Source of the DNA: Amoeboaphelidium protococcarum X5
Lineage: Eukaryota; Fungi; Aphelidiomycota
Direction: 5' to 3'
DNA length: 64,000 nt
Assembly: GCA_023515725.1 (NCBI GenBank)
Contig: JALDTO010000074.1
Span: forward strand, 1,338 to 65,337
The notes under the pieces were generated by a model. The model ran no database searches and was not told the DNA's origin. It saw only the letters and a program-made list of their open reading frames with translations. Positions 12,832-26,879 of this stretch are shown piece by piece (position 1 is the first letter of the stretch; every line of letters starts with the position of its first letter). The translations under genes and the position numbers were made by a program.

Positions 12832-13926
12832 TCACATTTACTAATCCTCTTCATCTGGGACAATTTCCTAATAATCATCTCCCGATCTGCGCCAGACTTT
12901 GACCAGACCGTCGTCAGCTGTTGAGGCAAGCATAGATCCTGAAAAATTCCAAGCGAGACGCCATACAGGCTCGTCTTGATGTGACAATGATGTTTGTAGT
13001 TGAACGCTATATAACGCGGAATTGGTCGATGGTTGCGACTACTACTAATATGCGGAAGTGTAACTCACCATATACACTCGAATATATCCATCTTTGCAAG
13101 CGGTAGCTATTATCTCATACGGCCGTCCTACTTGAGGACTCCAAGCAACATCATAGATAATATCTTAATGTCCATAAAGAGTTTCCGTTTAACTATTATG
13201 AGTCCATTTCTTGGAGTCATCATCGTAATGGTATATCCTAGCAACTTGCTCTTTACCGCAAGCCACCACCAGAGACGGAGGTAGATACTTGTTGTGGCAC
13301 CAACTTAAAGAATACAAAACACCAGATTCCTTAACGCTACTACTACTGCCTGGTTGTTGAATAGAACTACTCGCACCTGTGCACTCAAATTCGTCAGTCA
13401 AGGTCCAATGAGCCAAGTTAATGACATCCATAGCTTCATAAATACGTATGACTCCCTCAGCGGAGACGGTCGCTAATTTCAGTCCGAGAAATCGCGGCGA
13501 AAACTATATGCTGTGCACAGTACCACGACTATCTACTAGCCGGGCCTTCTCTATCCAGCGACCAGACTTCTGGATTTAATTTAGACTGCGGCTTGATAAT
13601 GCTACAGGTACAGGTGCTGGATTATTGACATATGCGTCTGGCTATTCCTCCCAGATACGAACACTGCGATCAGATGACGCGGAAGCCAGCACTTGTCCAT
13701 ACTCTGGATGTGCCCAGTCCACCTTCAAAACGGACGCATCGTGAGCCTTCCACGTATCGCTCAATTCCCACTTGTAACCTCCGTCTTAACCGTGGACTTT
13801 CACCTTATCCCATACTTTTAATCGTTGATCGGAGGAGCAAGTAACCATTCGCTTCCCATAATAATTAACCGCTATATCGTGCACCAGATCTTGATGTTAA
13901 TGCTTAAATTCGGCTATAGAGTTCAT
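12832..13926 (-). CDS. SEH1: WD40 nucleoporin Seh1
   Basis: Motifs [53 protein letters not shown] and [19 protein letters not shown]; 365 codons. Confidence 0.95.
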
Positions 13927-14050
13927 ATTTTATGGTTTTCACAATAAAGTGTAATGCCAATTGAGATTTTGATTTGCAAAATATGAAAGTAAACCTAAGA
14001 GAAAAATACTAAATCAAGATGATCGGATATCAATTCAATCATTCAAAGCG

Positions 14051-16174
14051 TCACTCTTAAGAGGGAAGCACACGAGACTTTAAACGGTCCAGTAGACTGC
14101 TATTATTCTATTCAGCAGGTTGTTAACCAGAAACTTGATGATTGAAGGTTGATTCAAAATCATCATATGACATGTTCAGCCCATTGCCTCTGAAAGTGAA
14201 GCCAAGGAAGGACTTTGTCACGGCACCTTTTATAGCTCTATCTCGCGTAAATATGTCTTCAATATTGCCAGATTATTAACTATCTTACTTCTTGTGAAGG
14301 TCTTTGTAAATCTGCATCGCCTTGGGATCATTAAAGTCATCAAAGTATGATCGATCAAATTCAGAATTTAACTTGGGTACAAAAGGAGGTTGAATAGAGC
14401 AGTTCTTGCTCTTGATGTTCTACCAAAAGCATCCGGATTAGCCTGCTTGTATTACCGGTTTGCGAAAATGTTTACGATCTTGGGCTGATACAACGCGACT
14501 TGACTCTTGCAATTTTATATTAATCGACGAAAACCACGGATGCTGCGACAACTGATCAATAGATTAAAGACGTCTGCTGTGAAAGGTGATCAATGATGTG
14601 ATCAGATCCCAAGCTTCATCAGACAGATTAAACTCCGCGTCCTCACCTTCAGGATCATAGTATGGACGATCCAGCGTAGATTGCCAATTGTAGAGATTTA
14701 GCCAAACTTCTTCTATAGTTGGTGCAGCGAACGGAGGATATCCAGATAAGAATTCAAATATCATACAACCGAGAGACCAATAATCAACGGAGAAATCATA
14801 ACCTTGTGCAAATGTTGATTACGTTGGTGAAGTGTTATTCTAAGAGTATGCAACAACTTCTGGTGCCATATAATCAGGACTACCGACAAGAGTAAATGCT
14901 CTTCCGGTAGCTGTCTAAAACTACCTGTCATGAAGTCTTTTAGTCGCGAAAGCGCGCTTCTAATAGCTGCTGTACTTTATAATGTTAGCATCACTCAGCG
15001 CCTCCAGCTTCACCTTCATACTCTCATATCCCATCCGAACTCTCAGTGGACCACTGCATAAACCAAAATCTGTCAACTTCAAGTGTCCTTATGCATCAAC
15101 TAGAAAATTTTCCGGCTTCAAATCTCTATGAATGTATCCAATCTGATGTAAAGCATCAATAGCTAAAGCCATTTCAATCGCATAAAAAGCAGCAACTTCC
15201 TCAAGCAATATACCTCTCGTGTTCAATAATGTCCTCAAATCTCCACCAGGTACGTACTCCATTGCAAAATATACACTCTAAGAATCTTGAAATGCACAAT
15301 ACATCTGTACAAGCCATTGGGATTTACTACTTTAAGACAGCACGTCTCTCTCACTTTAAATATGGTCAGACTCGCCCATTTTGTTCAACAACTCCTTCGA
15401 CATGACTTTTAGAGCCACCACTTTTTATGAAGATTACTAGTCCTGACTGATACCATGCATTTGTAATTATGCCAGATATACTCGACCATAGCCACCTTGA
15501 CCAATCTGGGAGAGTATTTTAAAAGACTGATTACGAGGTCTCTACCTTCTCAAGCGCATGAACTGCGTCTCCTTTTACGTGTAAATCTTCCACTATTTTT
15601 AATACTCCACAGAATCCCAATGATAAGATCTGGCATCCTCCTTGAAATCGCTCAATCGCTGCTTACGGTCATGTAAATAACTTAGCAGATTATAGTAGTA
15701 ATCAATAAAATACTTGTCAGCAACGGCACATTTGCGCGCAGTCTCAGGAGCACAAGTCAGTCTTCCAATTCTTTATGATGTGGATTAACTTTGACTACCT
15801 GGTTCATTAATGGACGATGATGTTAGTTAAGATACCACAGATTTTTGCTCTTAAGCACGAGTTCCAGCATTTTTCTACTGAGTGGACGAGTGAGCAAAGG
15901 ATTGTTCAGTCTCGGCGTGGATAGTGATTAACCTTGCAGACTCGGTGACAGCATCCCACTGCTCCTTCGGTTCGTATTAAATATCACTTCCTGTATGCAA
16001 AGAGAGGGACACCAAATCAGACTACAATTAATCTGTAGGCAATCTCAGCATATCGCTTTAATATAAATCTGATGAAGAGGACTATTATTGTTTTGTGGAA
16101 GGGACATCCGGCAGTAGTTTCTCATACTAAGCAATAATTTGATCTATGGAGGTGACAGTTTCAGTGCGCTGCAT
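14051..16174 (-). CDS. DBF2: NDR-family AGC kinase Dbf2/Sid2 (mitotic exit)
   Basis: N-terminal regulatory region YFIDYYYNLLSYLHDRKQR...KETQFMRLRR, then GQGGYGRVYLA, HRDLKPENFL, LTDFGL, VGSPDYMAPEV and hydrophobic motif FLGFTFR. Start taken as the first ATG after an upstream in-frame TGA; alternative ATG at 16051. Confidence 0.92.
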
Positions 16175-16585
16175 TGTCGAATAGGATATATAGTCTAAGT
16201 TGTTTGAGCTTATAACAGCGGATGTCAATGTTGGACCAGAATAAAAATTGATTCAGAGCTATGAGAATACTGTTCTGTACTCTTTTGATAAGATGAGGCA
16301 ACATATGTTTGATCACTCCCCACAAGATTGGTCGGTATCCACGACGTTTAATCTTTGCGAGAACTGTTTGTTTCAAGTCTCTTCGTGAACTACTTTACTG
16401 TAACAGACTTGCGTGATTTTTACTATCAACACTTGGAATAAAGATGGTCTCGGTAGAATACGACCAATATTCGTTCAAAAGAATTGCAAAATTTTTTGAT
16501 ATACAAGCAATATTCATTCATTCATTTCATATTTCATACTTCATAACAATATCAGCAAGCAAAGCAATATCTATGCAAAGTTGGA

Positions 16586-18649
16586 TCAATCATTCTACTT
16601 CTTGGCGAAAAATACTTCAATACGATAGGCAATGTCGCGTTATACACGCTTGCCTTGATACGTGATAATATTCTCAAATATTTGCTCCTTGGTACAGTAC
16701 TCCCAGACAGTTTCACTTACCGCATCAGACTTGAAATTCAACTCCTAAATCTCTCTCATCATCAGAACCAGATTACTTACACTGTTCTACCCAAAGTGTT
16801 AAACGGCAATTACAGCCATGTCTTCAGACAGTTAGTAATCAATCTTCCTGATAAAGTCCAGTAAGGCGGCAATAAAACTTCCACTGCAGCCACATTTTTC
16901 CTCTAATAATAGCTACCAAAAGAACTTTTCTATAACCACAAGAGGCTCAGGATACATATCAAATAAATCAGATATAAGGATGGTAGCGTACTAAACTGCC
17001 GTTGCGCGTTTTCTAGGATGTCCAAGTTTAAAATCCATATATCTGCGCTCAGCATCACTCAGGCTATAATACTTATTGTTAGTATCAAACATTCCACCAA
17101 TAGTGCCGAAATAAGACGACAGTGACTTTAAGGACTTCCGATAGAACTAATCTCCATCTTGGCATAATAGCTCTTGAAACAAAATCTATATGGTAACTAG
17201 ATTATACGTGTTAATGTATTATTCATAATTCGACATATAATCCTCAATCACAACCTTAAGACTATAGATAAGCCTAGTCTTGTTGTCCTTCCACAGAACA
17301 TTATTTATCTCAGAAAAATGCAAATCGGTTCGAATTCTAATCTTAGTCAATATCTTTATGATTGATTGTGCAGTTCTAAATTCATTTCTAATCAGTTGTT
17401 CGACTAAAATGCAGTATAACTCATTAGAATCTTGACGAAGCATTCCATAATGTTACAGAGCAGCAGCTAAAAGACTAATAAGTTTACTCTAAGATACACT
17501 CTAGCGTAATGCAGGTAAGACAAGGTCATTAAACAACTGTTAAGGAATCAATTCGAAAACTTAAGTTCCCCATTTTGACAGCCCATCAGTTTCTTGGTCG
17601 CGATTAGGATACAATCCATGATTCCACCTGCCTTCTAATTGACTAGCACCTAGAATACCAAACTCATCGTCTTAGACATCATCATTAGTCATAGCAGTAG
17701 CCACCTATTAAGCCAACATTCGGACGCATTCCTCCTTTGAAACTTTACCACTATCAATCAGAGAATTGACACACAAAAACTTGACCCTTAAATCCGGCTA
17801 AGTTTACATATATTCAACAATACGCGTGACAAAAGTAAAACATTGATTCGCCATATAAAACTATAGGAATTTTCCGGGGCAATAACGATACTTGAACGTT
17901 AATTCATCTTCAATCTCCTAGTCAGTTAGCCGGAAATCCATTTCCTTGAATCGTTCATGGTATCTAAACTCATAAAATATGTAATCAAGCCCCTAAGTCA
18001 ATATGACCTCTTCAAATATACAAAATTTTCTGCAATCCAATTAGAGAATCTGGCCTGCATTAACATTTACTTAACTACATCTATAGTCATAGATGAAAGT
18101 TTATGCGAATTCCGAACTGTTCAGACACAGGACCTCCATGTCCTCTTCAATCGCGCGCTACGGGTACTAGAAAAGTTAGCTCTGATACCTTTTATTACCG
18201 AATAGAGACCGCTTATCATCGACATTGGAATCGGAAAATTCAAAATACTCGGATATAGCTTCGACCCAGTTTGGATTAATGTCTTATAGGCATAGTGTTT
18301 AAGCAGTACGATCGCTGATAGAACCGGATTTGATATGATGCAAAAACTCTCTCAAACAATCATAATCACCTACATCTTCAACCATAAAGTACGCATAATC
18401 GTTAACAGACTGCAATCCTAAATAAGCGTGATTAATGACACGCAAAGATGTTAAGCAAGGCCCGTAGTATTTCCAGTAACAGTTTCTGACAAACCACCTA
18501 TCAGTCTTGATAAACAGGTCCATTGGCGCGCAAGTCATTGATAGTTATAGTAAATCTTTAGGTCTTAGATAGGAAGACAATGTAGAATCTGGCAGATCCA
18601 AGATTTGATCAAACAACTCACTCTAACTCTCTTCGAACTTACGTTTCAT
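16586..18649 (-). CDS. F-box-containing protein with an unrecognised C-terminal region, about 687 aa
   Basis: N-terminal ILDLPDSTLSSYLRPKDLLQLSMTC fits the F-box consensus. One frame to TGA 16586 unites the track ORFs 18299..18538 and 17219..17443. Confidence 0.7.
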
Positions 18650-18860
18650 ATTTTAATGCTGTCACGTTGCAGATCAATTGTCGATCAAACAGAATAAGGA
18701 GAGAGAATAACTGACGCAAAACGGGTCGGCAGACACGTCATCGCGATACATAATCATGATGCAAAAAGAGAAGCACTAGTGTGGCATTAAAACAACGCTG
18801 TCGTAAGCTTATACCAATCTGGTCCGAGAAGAAAAGCTCACTATTAAGTATCAGTTTTAG

Positions 18861-19988
18861 TCAATGTTAAATCATACTAGATGTAACCAGCTCTTCAAGT
18901 TCATTCAACGAAGGCTCTCTTGTTAGACCATTTTGAAGAACGATGCCGATTGCATTTGAAGCTGGAACTAAGACCAAGACACCATCGCGTTCAACCTCAC
19001 GAAAGACTTTGTCAGGAGTGGGTCGTTGCAGTTTGTTGGTAGCGATGGTCGACTTTGTAAATATGCCAGTTTCCTGGAACAATTTCATCAATTTCGCAGT
19101 AGCAGCGTCGTCATTTCCACAAGATTCTTCAACGAGTCTGATAGCAGCAAATATGGCACCGCACAAGTGAATACCAATCACTTCTCTGGCATCTCCACCA
19201 GCTTACAGGTCAATCCTTGCAGAACGACACAGTTTTTCATAATCAGCTGGAACTCCACCAAGCACGGCAAACACAATATCATCCAAGCCAGCATTTTTAG
19301 TAAACTTGAACAAATCCTGAAGCTAAACAATTTTCCATATCATCCCCCTTGTCATTGGCTTGATATCAATGACATCTTCGCGTTTTGTTCGAAAAAGAGT
19401 TTCATCGAGAGAATTTGGTGAACCATACACGACCACACGAAGGTGGTAATCCTCAACCAAAGTTCTCACAGCTCCAGTTAGACAGGCATATTCTTGACCA
19501 ACTTTGCGTTCAGTCGCGTTGATAACAACGATTGGAGAACGTCCAAGGGTAAAGATTCGGTACCAGAATATCACTCCTGGCGCTGAGTTAAGTGGATTCA
19601 TAAATTTGAACGGCGGATTAGCCAATTCTTGAAGGGCGTTTTTGATGATGATGTCTTCGCTATGCTGTGGTTAAGCTTTCACCCTGATCACTCCTGCTGT
19701 CTTACTAGTAGCTGTATTGAGCAAACAAGTTTTTCCGACACCCTTTTCGCCAGTAACCACCAGATAGCTTTGGCCAAAGTCTTTATCAGCTAATTTGCTT
19801 TTGAGTATCGCAATTTCTTCGCGTCTGATAGACTAAGGATTCGGCTTGAACGCGACACGAGAGCGCAATGCTAACCAGACTGCCCTTCCTGGGCCAATAC
19901 GTGAAACTAAACCAGCAGCTGATACAGCAACTCCGCCAGCAGTGAAAAGAAGTAACAATTCCTCGACATTTTAGACGATAGCATTCAT
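18861..19988 (-). CDS. P-loop NTPase with an N-terminal hydrophobic segment, about 375 aa
   Basis: Walker A in YLVVTGEKGVGKT; atypical Walker B region IVVINATE; N-terminal LLLLFTAGGVAVSAAGLV. Joins the track ORFs 19323..19625 and 18867..19181 through a TAG. Confidence 0.8.
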
Positions 19989-20356
19989 CACGTGCTCCTT
20001 TGGTCTTTTGATTCGTAAAAGCGGAATAAGTCAATGATCCCTATGGAACGATAATTTGTGATCAAGTCCGCGTTTATTCCCCACTTTATATAGACATTGA
20101 TACCAGTGGAGGCTAAAGTTGTATTTTATTAATGTTTCTATAACAGCCAAACTTCACCATCCATGGCAAGTGTAGTCTTAGTACATACTACCATGCTCCC
20201 GCGATCAATGAGTCAGTCACTGCGACTAATCTGTTGAGCGTTTCACTCTGTCGATTTGTCACGCGGCGACCTTACCTCTCCTTTCATTGTAACTTTTCTT
20301 CGTCATTCATTCATTATATACAGTATAGTGACAGACAAAATACAACACACCGTGTA

Positions 20357-21928
20357 ATGAGTTGGAAAGGATTTAAAAAGGCTGTGAATCGCCTGCCTCA
20401 TCAGTTCCAGTCTAATATGGGCATGGTAGATTAGTCCATATAGACTAAGGATGAAGAGTTTGATTTTTACAAGTAGCAATTTGAGGATCTCAATGCACTG
20501 ACTTTGAAGTTATAGGACGCCTCTGCCAAGTATAAGGAATCTGTGGCCAAAATGCTTAATCATCAGGTGTCCTTTGCAAAGACTATGGTTGAGGTGTATG
20601 AGGAGATTGAGGCTCGTAAATTTGGCAGTAGTTCCAGTATTCCCGAGTCTTCCAGTGGTAGATGGGGCGTCAAGAGGAAAGATGATAGCTAGCGAGTGTT
20701 GACGGATGAGCAGAGCATGGACCGCGTAAAGAAATTGGTTCAAGTGGCAGAAGTTGTCTAGGAATCTATATCTCCTCAGCTGGATGTTGTCATTGATAGG
20801 ACTGTTGTGTAGCCATGTTTAGACTACATCCAACTCCACAAGCTGGTTAATAAAGTGCTGGTCAAGAGAGATCATAAGAAGGTTGATTTGGATCGTCATC
20901 AGGCGGACTTGAAAAAGGTCAGAGACAAGGTGTAGTAGGAGAATAAGATTGGAGATGACCGCAAGATTGCGAAGGCTGAGCATGCTGTGGAGAATGCGTA
21001 TAGAGAGTATGATCAGTATAATGCCTTGCTTAAGGAGCAACTACCTCATTATATCAACTATCGTATCCAGTTTGTTGATCCTATTCTCCACTCCTTGCTG
21101 GCATTCCATTCTCATTTATTCATACAGATGTATCAGATTATGTATTCCGATAAAGGTGTGTGCTACATGGTGGATACGTCTGTGGATGTTGTGGCTGGAT
21201 ATGAGTACTCCAAGGCTGATATCGAGGCTCTGATTGAACCAATATCTCTGTTTAAGGGACTGAATTTGAGAAAGGGATCGTCGTAGAGTGGTTAGAGATT
21301 GAGTATTACATCTGGTGCTGAATAGGAATTTGATAGCCCTGACGATGCATAAAGTCTCCCGCCGTACTCTCCACCTTATCAGAGTCAGCAATTGTCTTCA
21401 TCTGGTACATCTGTTAATCAGAGTAGAAGTAGCTTTAGTGCCAGCAGCTCTACTGCAATGTCTAAGCCGCCTGCATTTAGAAATACATCCGTTCCTGTGG
21501 GTGGGGCATCTGCTAATCATAATCCATTTATAACTTCGCCAAAAAAATCATCATCTTCTTCTTCCGTACAGAAACCACCTAGATGGAATTAGAATACTTA
21601 TGGTGCTTCTGGAAATTAATAGTAGAGCTCGCTGTAGGCAGCAGCAGCTGCTAAATCTAAACCTCCACCACCAAAGCCAAAGCCAACGTTCTTGCAAGAT
21701 TCTACTGCACCGCCACCTCTGTCGCCAAGAACTTCATTGTCTAGCCCGCCGTAATAAAGAGCTGTTGCTTTATACGAGTTCACTGCGCAGTAAGATGGTG
21801 ATTTGTCTTTCTAGGTAAACGATGTGATTGAAGTCTTGGAGCGTACGTCTGACCCGAATGGATGGTGGAAGGGACGCCTGAATGGCAAAGTTGGTGTATT
21901 CCCTGGTACTTACGTGAAGCTCCAATGA
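20357..21928 (+). CDS. RVS167: Amphiphysin-like BAR-SH3 protein (Rvs167/Hob1)
   Basis: N-BAR start [25 protein letters not shown], a Pro-rich linker and SH3 [15 protein letters not shown]...WWKG...GVFPGTYV. Confidence 0.93.
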
Positions 21929-22110
21929 AGAAGCAAAGTAGACTTTTATTAAAACATAGTATCATCTTGGATCTTTCTTTTATTGCTGTCATAATTTTTA
22001 TCTCTGTTGTCAGAGCATCGCTCTTCTTCTTTACATCATCGACGTGAAAGTTCTTTGACTTTTCGGGTTTACTAGCTTGGAAGTAAAGCGTCTTCTTGTA
22101 TAGCAAATTA

Positions 22111-24465
22111 ATGTATAGTAAGCTAATTGAAAGACTGCGAACAGCGTAGTAAGTTTTGGGCAGACCGAAGCTGACGTTGACTGAGAAGATCATCTTGTCC
22201 CATCTGGATGACTCCACTTTGAAGCAGATCAAGTAAGGACTACAAATCCGTCGCGGAGAGAGCTATGTATACTTGAGACCTGATCGAGTGGCTATGCAGG
22301 ACGCCTCTGCTTAGACTGCCTTGCTGTAGTTTTATCTTATAAATCGCGCATAGTCCGCAGTTCCAGTGTCCATTCACTGTGACCATTTGATCCGCGCTCA
22401 GTCTTCACTTGGGGATCACGATGACTCTATGAGGAGTTAGAAAGCGTCCGATCCGAATGTTGGATATAAAGACTTGGATAAATCATTGCGTGATGAACAT
22501 GAAGTGTACGAATTCTTGAGGAGCTGTGCCAGGAAGTGGGGTCTTGACTTTTGGAAGCCTGGTAGTGGTATCATTCACCAGATCGTGCTTGAAAACTATG
22601 CAATGCCGGGATAGATGATGCTGGGCACTGATTCTCACACTCCTAATGCTGGCGGATTATCCATGATGGCTATAGGTGTTGGCGGAGCGGATGCTGTTGA
22701 TGTGATGGGTGGAATGCCGTGGGAATTGAAGATGCCGCGTGTGCTCGGTGTCAAGTTGACTGGTAAGCTGAACTAGTGGGCAAGTCCTAAGGATGTCATT
22801 CTTCAACTGGCTGGTATGCTGACTGTCAAGGGTGGCACCGGATACGTGATTGAGTATTTTGGAGATGGTGTTGCATCTCTTTCATGTACCGGAATGGCTA
22901 CCATGTGTAATATGGGAGCTGAGGTTGGATGCACGACTTCTATATTTCCATTTACATAATCCATGTTTAGATACTTGAATGCCACAAACAGATCTGATGC
23001 TGCTTCATAAGCTTAGCGCTTAAATAGCGAGATTGGATACTTATAAGCTGATATGGTGGGTGATTAGTTATAATAGGAGCAGCTGTATGATAAAGTGATT
23101 GAGATTGATCTGTCAAAAGTGGAGCCGCATGTTAATGGCCCATTCAGTCCAGATTTGGCTATCCCGATTTCCAAGTTGAAGTAGATGGCTAGTGATAACG
23201 GTTGGCCACTCACTATAGAGGCGGCCTTGATAGGTTCATGCACCAACTCTAGCTATCAGGACATGTCGAGAGCTGCATCGATAGCCAAGTAAGCTGTTGA
23301 TCGAGGCCTGCAAAGCTAAAGTTAATTCTTAGTAACTCCTGGTTCGCGTCAGATCAGGTCGACGATTGAGCGTGATGGCCAGCTCGAAGTATTTCAAGGC
23401 ATTGGTGCTTAAGTTCTGTCTAATGCTTGTGGGCCATGCATTGGAATGTGGTAGCGTCGTAATGAGATTCCCAAGGATCAACCAAATGTTATTCTGACTA
23501 GTTATAATCGAAATTTCAGAGGGCGTAATGATGGGAATGTGAATACAATGAACTTTTTGGCATCTCCAGAGATTGTCACTGCAATGTCTTTAGCTGGTAG
23601 AATGGATTTTAATCCTATTACAGATGAGATCACTACCGCGGATGGTACTAAATTGAAATTATAAACACCTAATGGAGAAGAGTTACCGCAAGAAGGATTC
23701 GTATCCTCTGTAAGCTCATGTGAATAATACACACCTAATCCTAGTGAGTAAATTGAGATAGATCCTAAATCTGATCGACTCCAATTGTTATAACCTTTTG
23801 ATAGATGGAATGGAGATGAGTTGACTGAAGTGCCGGTACTTGTCAAAGTGTCAGGCAAATGCACCACCGATCATATAAGTGCTGCAGGTAATTGGTTGAA
23901 GTACAAAGGTCATTTGGAGAACATTGCTTAGAATACCTTGATTGGAGCTCTGAATGCTTTCACTTCTACTGTGAATCAGGCGGTGGATGTATTCTCAAAG
24001 TAGCGGGAGTCACACTCGATCCCCGCATTGGCTGCCAAATATAGTCGTCAGTATGGTAAAAGTTGGATCGTCGTGGCTGAAGATAATTATGGTGAGGGAT
24101 CTGCTAGAGAACATGCTTCTTTATAGCCGCGATATCTTGGTTGTAAGATGATTATTGCCAAGTCGTTTGCCAGAATTCATGAGACTAATTTGAAAAAGCA
24201 GGGAATCATACCGCTGACTTTTGCGAATCCACAGGATTATGATAAGATTACGCAAACATCTTTGATCAGCACAAATGGATTGGTAGATTTGCTCTCAGAT
24301 GTGAGGGATCAACAGAGTGGCACCATTGAATTGACTGTGAGAGATCTTGAAGATCCTGAGCGCGTCTTTACCATCTAAGCGCGTCACTCTCTGAGCCCTA
24401 TACAGAAGCAGTACATTAAACATGGATCGGCTCTGAACTATATTCGCAATGAAGCACAAGCATGA
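22111..24465 (+). CDS. ACO2: Aconitase-family [4Fe-4S] dehydratase, Aco2 (homocitrate dehydratase) type
   Basis: Motifs [72 protein letters not shown] and [21 protein letters not shown] and NTLIG are Aco2-type rather than Aco1-type. Confidence 0.88.
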
Positions 24466-24622
24466 AATACATTTGTGAAATTGAGATTTGATTTTTATTA
24501 CGATTGCTTTATCCTTAACTTGATATTTAGGAGCGACTGAGTTCAACTCCCTCTCGGTGCCTGCTGCCAAGCTTTCGTCGCGTCTCTTATCGAAAAACGA
24601 CGAAGTATCGCACTTTTCGAAA

Positions 24623-25179
24623 ATGCCTTTTCCGAATGTACCAGGTCATGTCCCTGCAGGCTGGAACGATCCAGATGCTCAGCTGTTCGCAAGATCTCCC
24701 ACACCTGGCTCATAAACTTCTGGCGCTGGATCTAACCGTGGAAGTGGTGCTGTTGATGCGCTGAGCGTAGATTTATTATCTGGTGATTAAATCATAGCTT
24801 AGGTGTAAGAAATATTGGCCTATTGTAAGCAGCGAGTGGACTAAAATAACTCTATGCAAAGTAAAATGCTGGATGATACTGATAAAAAGCTATCTACACA
24901 GCTAAGAGTCGAATCTTTGAATGGCGATCAAGATTCATGTCGCCTCCTATCTGAATACCTTTAGCGTAAGTTTAATTGCTTTGCTGCTTTATATGAATAT
25001 CAATAGGTGATTATATAAGCTGTGTTATTGTAGATCTATAAGGTTGTAATTACGTTGAAGCGTAGAAAGTTGTGTCTCAGCTCATGAGGCAAAAGTACTC
25101 GTCGGACTCTGCATCAAATCAATGGGTTCTGGCACTGAAGCGGTTAACCGACCTGCATAAAAATTGCAGTTAAAATTGA
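24623..25179 (+). CDS. SRA1 / Sec31 C-terminal-like domain protein; intron 24966..25033
   Basis: GWNDP motif near the N-terminus, DDTDKKL, and C-terminal WVLALKRL typical of the SRA1/Sec31 helical domain. Confidence 0.72.
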
Positions 25180-25691
25180 GATGTCCTTCATACTATATAC
25201 TTATCTGCATGGATATGTTTCATTTTCGTTCACTCAATTACATATATGTTCATCATATTTAGACCATTCTTCAAATCTTATAGTCTAGAGCGCATCGTGC
25301 TAGTGATTTCTATTGTCCAATCGAGACGCGCCGGACTCACTTTTAAACGTGATAAACACCTCAGTCTTACTTCTAACACTTTGCAGTCAAGAATTTTCAA
25401 CGTTCATCGCGTTATAACCGTACAACTAACTATGGTTTTATATAATAGCGTCAAGATTATTCTGGGTTCAAGGTAAGAAATAAGCTGATTGGATTAATTT
25501 CGAAATCAACCAATCAGACAATCATCGATCGTCTTGGGTCCAATCAGCCAGCATCATTGATTAGATACTGTCTTATTACTGATGGACTTTAACGAACTTA
25601 AACTTTCTTTTCTTTAAATTATCTCTGTTTCACAATATCTCAAGTGTTGATATTTAATTGCAGTCTTTAGATAAATAGAATACATACATAC

Positions 25692-26879
25692 ATGGTTAAA
25701 CGCTTGTAAGTTCAGTTGGCAGTCGTTTCAACTTGCTCTCTCCTGCTCGGTGTCGCTGTGGGCTTTGATTACTCTGGCGACGGTACCTTCTACTAGCCTA
25801 ACAATGGCTTTGGCAGTTGTGGATAGCGCTTGTAAAACAGCGATAAGATTTGCGCGCTGTCTTTTGCTCACACTGATAAGATTGGCTGCGGTAAATGTGT
25901 TGAGGTGAAAGGTCCCAAGGGGTCGATCGTGGTGAAAGTGATGGACAAGTGCGCCGGCTGTAAGGATGGTGATATCGACTTATCCTAGTCTGCCTTCGAG
26001 ATGATTGCTGACAAGGCTGTTGGCAGATTGAAAATGCAGTGGAGAGTTGTCGATTGTGCTTCCGGTGGAATGCCATAGCAGTCCAGTGATATGAAGTAGG
26101 TGGCGGGTGGGTTGGCGGCTCGAAACACGATGTAGACCACTGACGCGCCTGCTGGAGACGGTGGCATGTGCAGCTAATCCTCTCCATGTGCCAACAATGA
26201 ATGTTGCTCTTAATATGGTTACTGCGGTACTACTGCTGAATATTGTGGAGCTGGTTGTTTGGGTGGCCCATGCTTGCAGTCTGGCAATGGAAATGCTCCA
26301 TCTGATGTCAAATCCTCTACGATTTAAGTGAAAAGCGACTCATTGTTACCCAACAGTGGTCCACAAGCTACCGCTGCAGTTGCTTCGAGTACACCTCTAC
26401 CAGTTGTCAATGCTGTCAAGCAATCAACTTAGAGTGGGAGTTGCAAATCCACCTCTTCTTTCAGTGATTCAGGATCAACTGCCACTCAGTCACCCGATGT
26501 GAGCGTCAAGGCTGCAACCATCACCTAAGAGGAGTGCACTTGTTCATCACCTTCAGCATCTAGTTGCTCCCCTTAGATCAAATCATCATCCGCACTGAAT
26601 GACATGGCTGCGCTACAAGCTGCATAGAAAGCCGTCGTTGGAAATGATCCAAATGCTGCCTTACTGTCCGCAGTGAAGACTTTGTAGAGCAATGAAACTC
26701 GAGACTATCTAAACGAGAATTAGAAAGATTTAGAAACTCTCTTTGGACAGGTAATTGCCCAATTCGGTACCAACTACACTGGACTTGACGTTTCAAGCTC
26801 GTAGTTATCCATAGAGCCTCTTCATATTGGATCATTGATGCTGTTGATAGTTCTAAGTTACGCTTTCTTGCTAGTCTGA
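25692..26879 (+). CDS. GPI-anchored expansin-like RlpA/DPBB + CBM18 (hevein) chitin-binding protein, about 395 aa
   Basis: Signal peptide; DPBB motifs YSGDGTFY...GSCG...CGKCVEV...KVMDKCAGCKDGDIDLSQSAF...W; hevein motif CCSQYGYCGTTAEYCGAGC; Ser/Thr-rich stalk; hydrophobic C-terminus. Confidence 0.9.
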
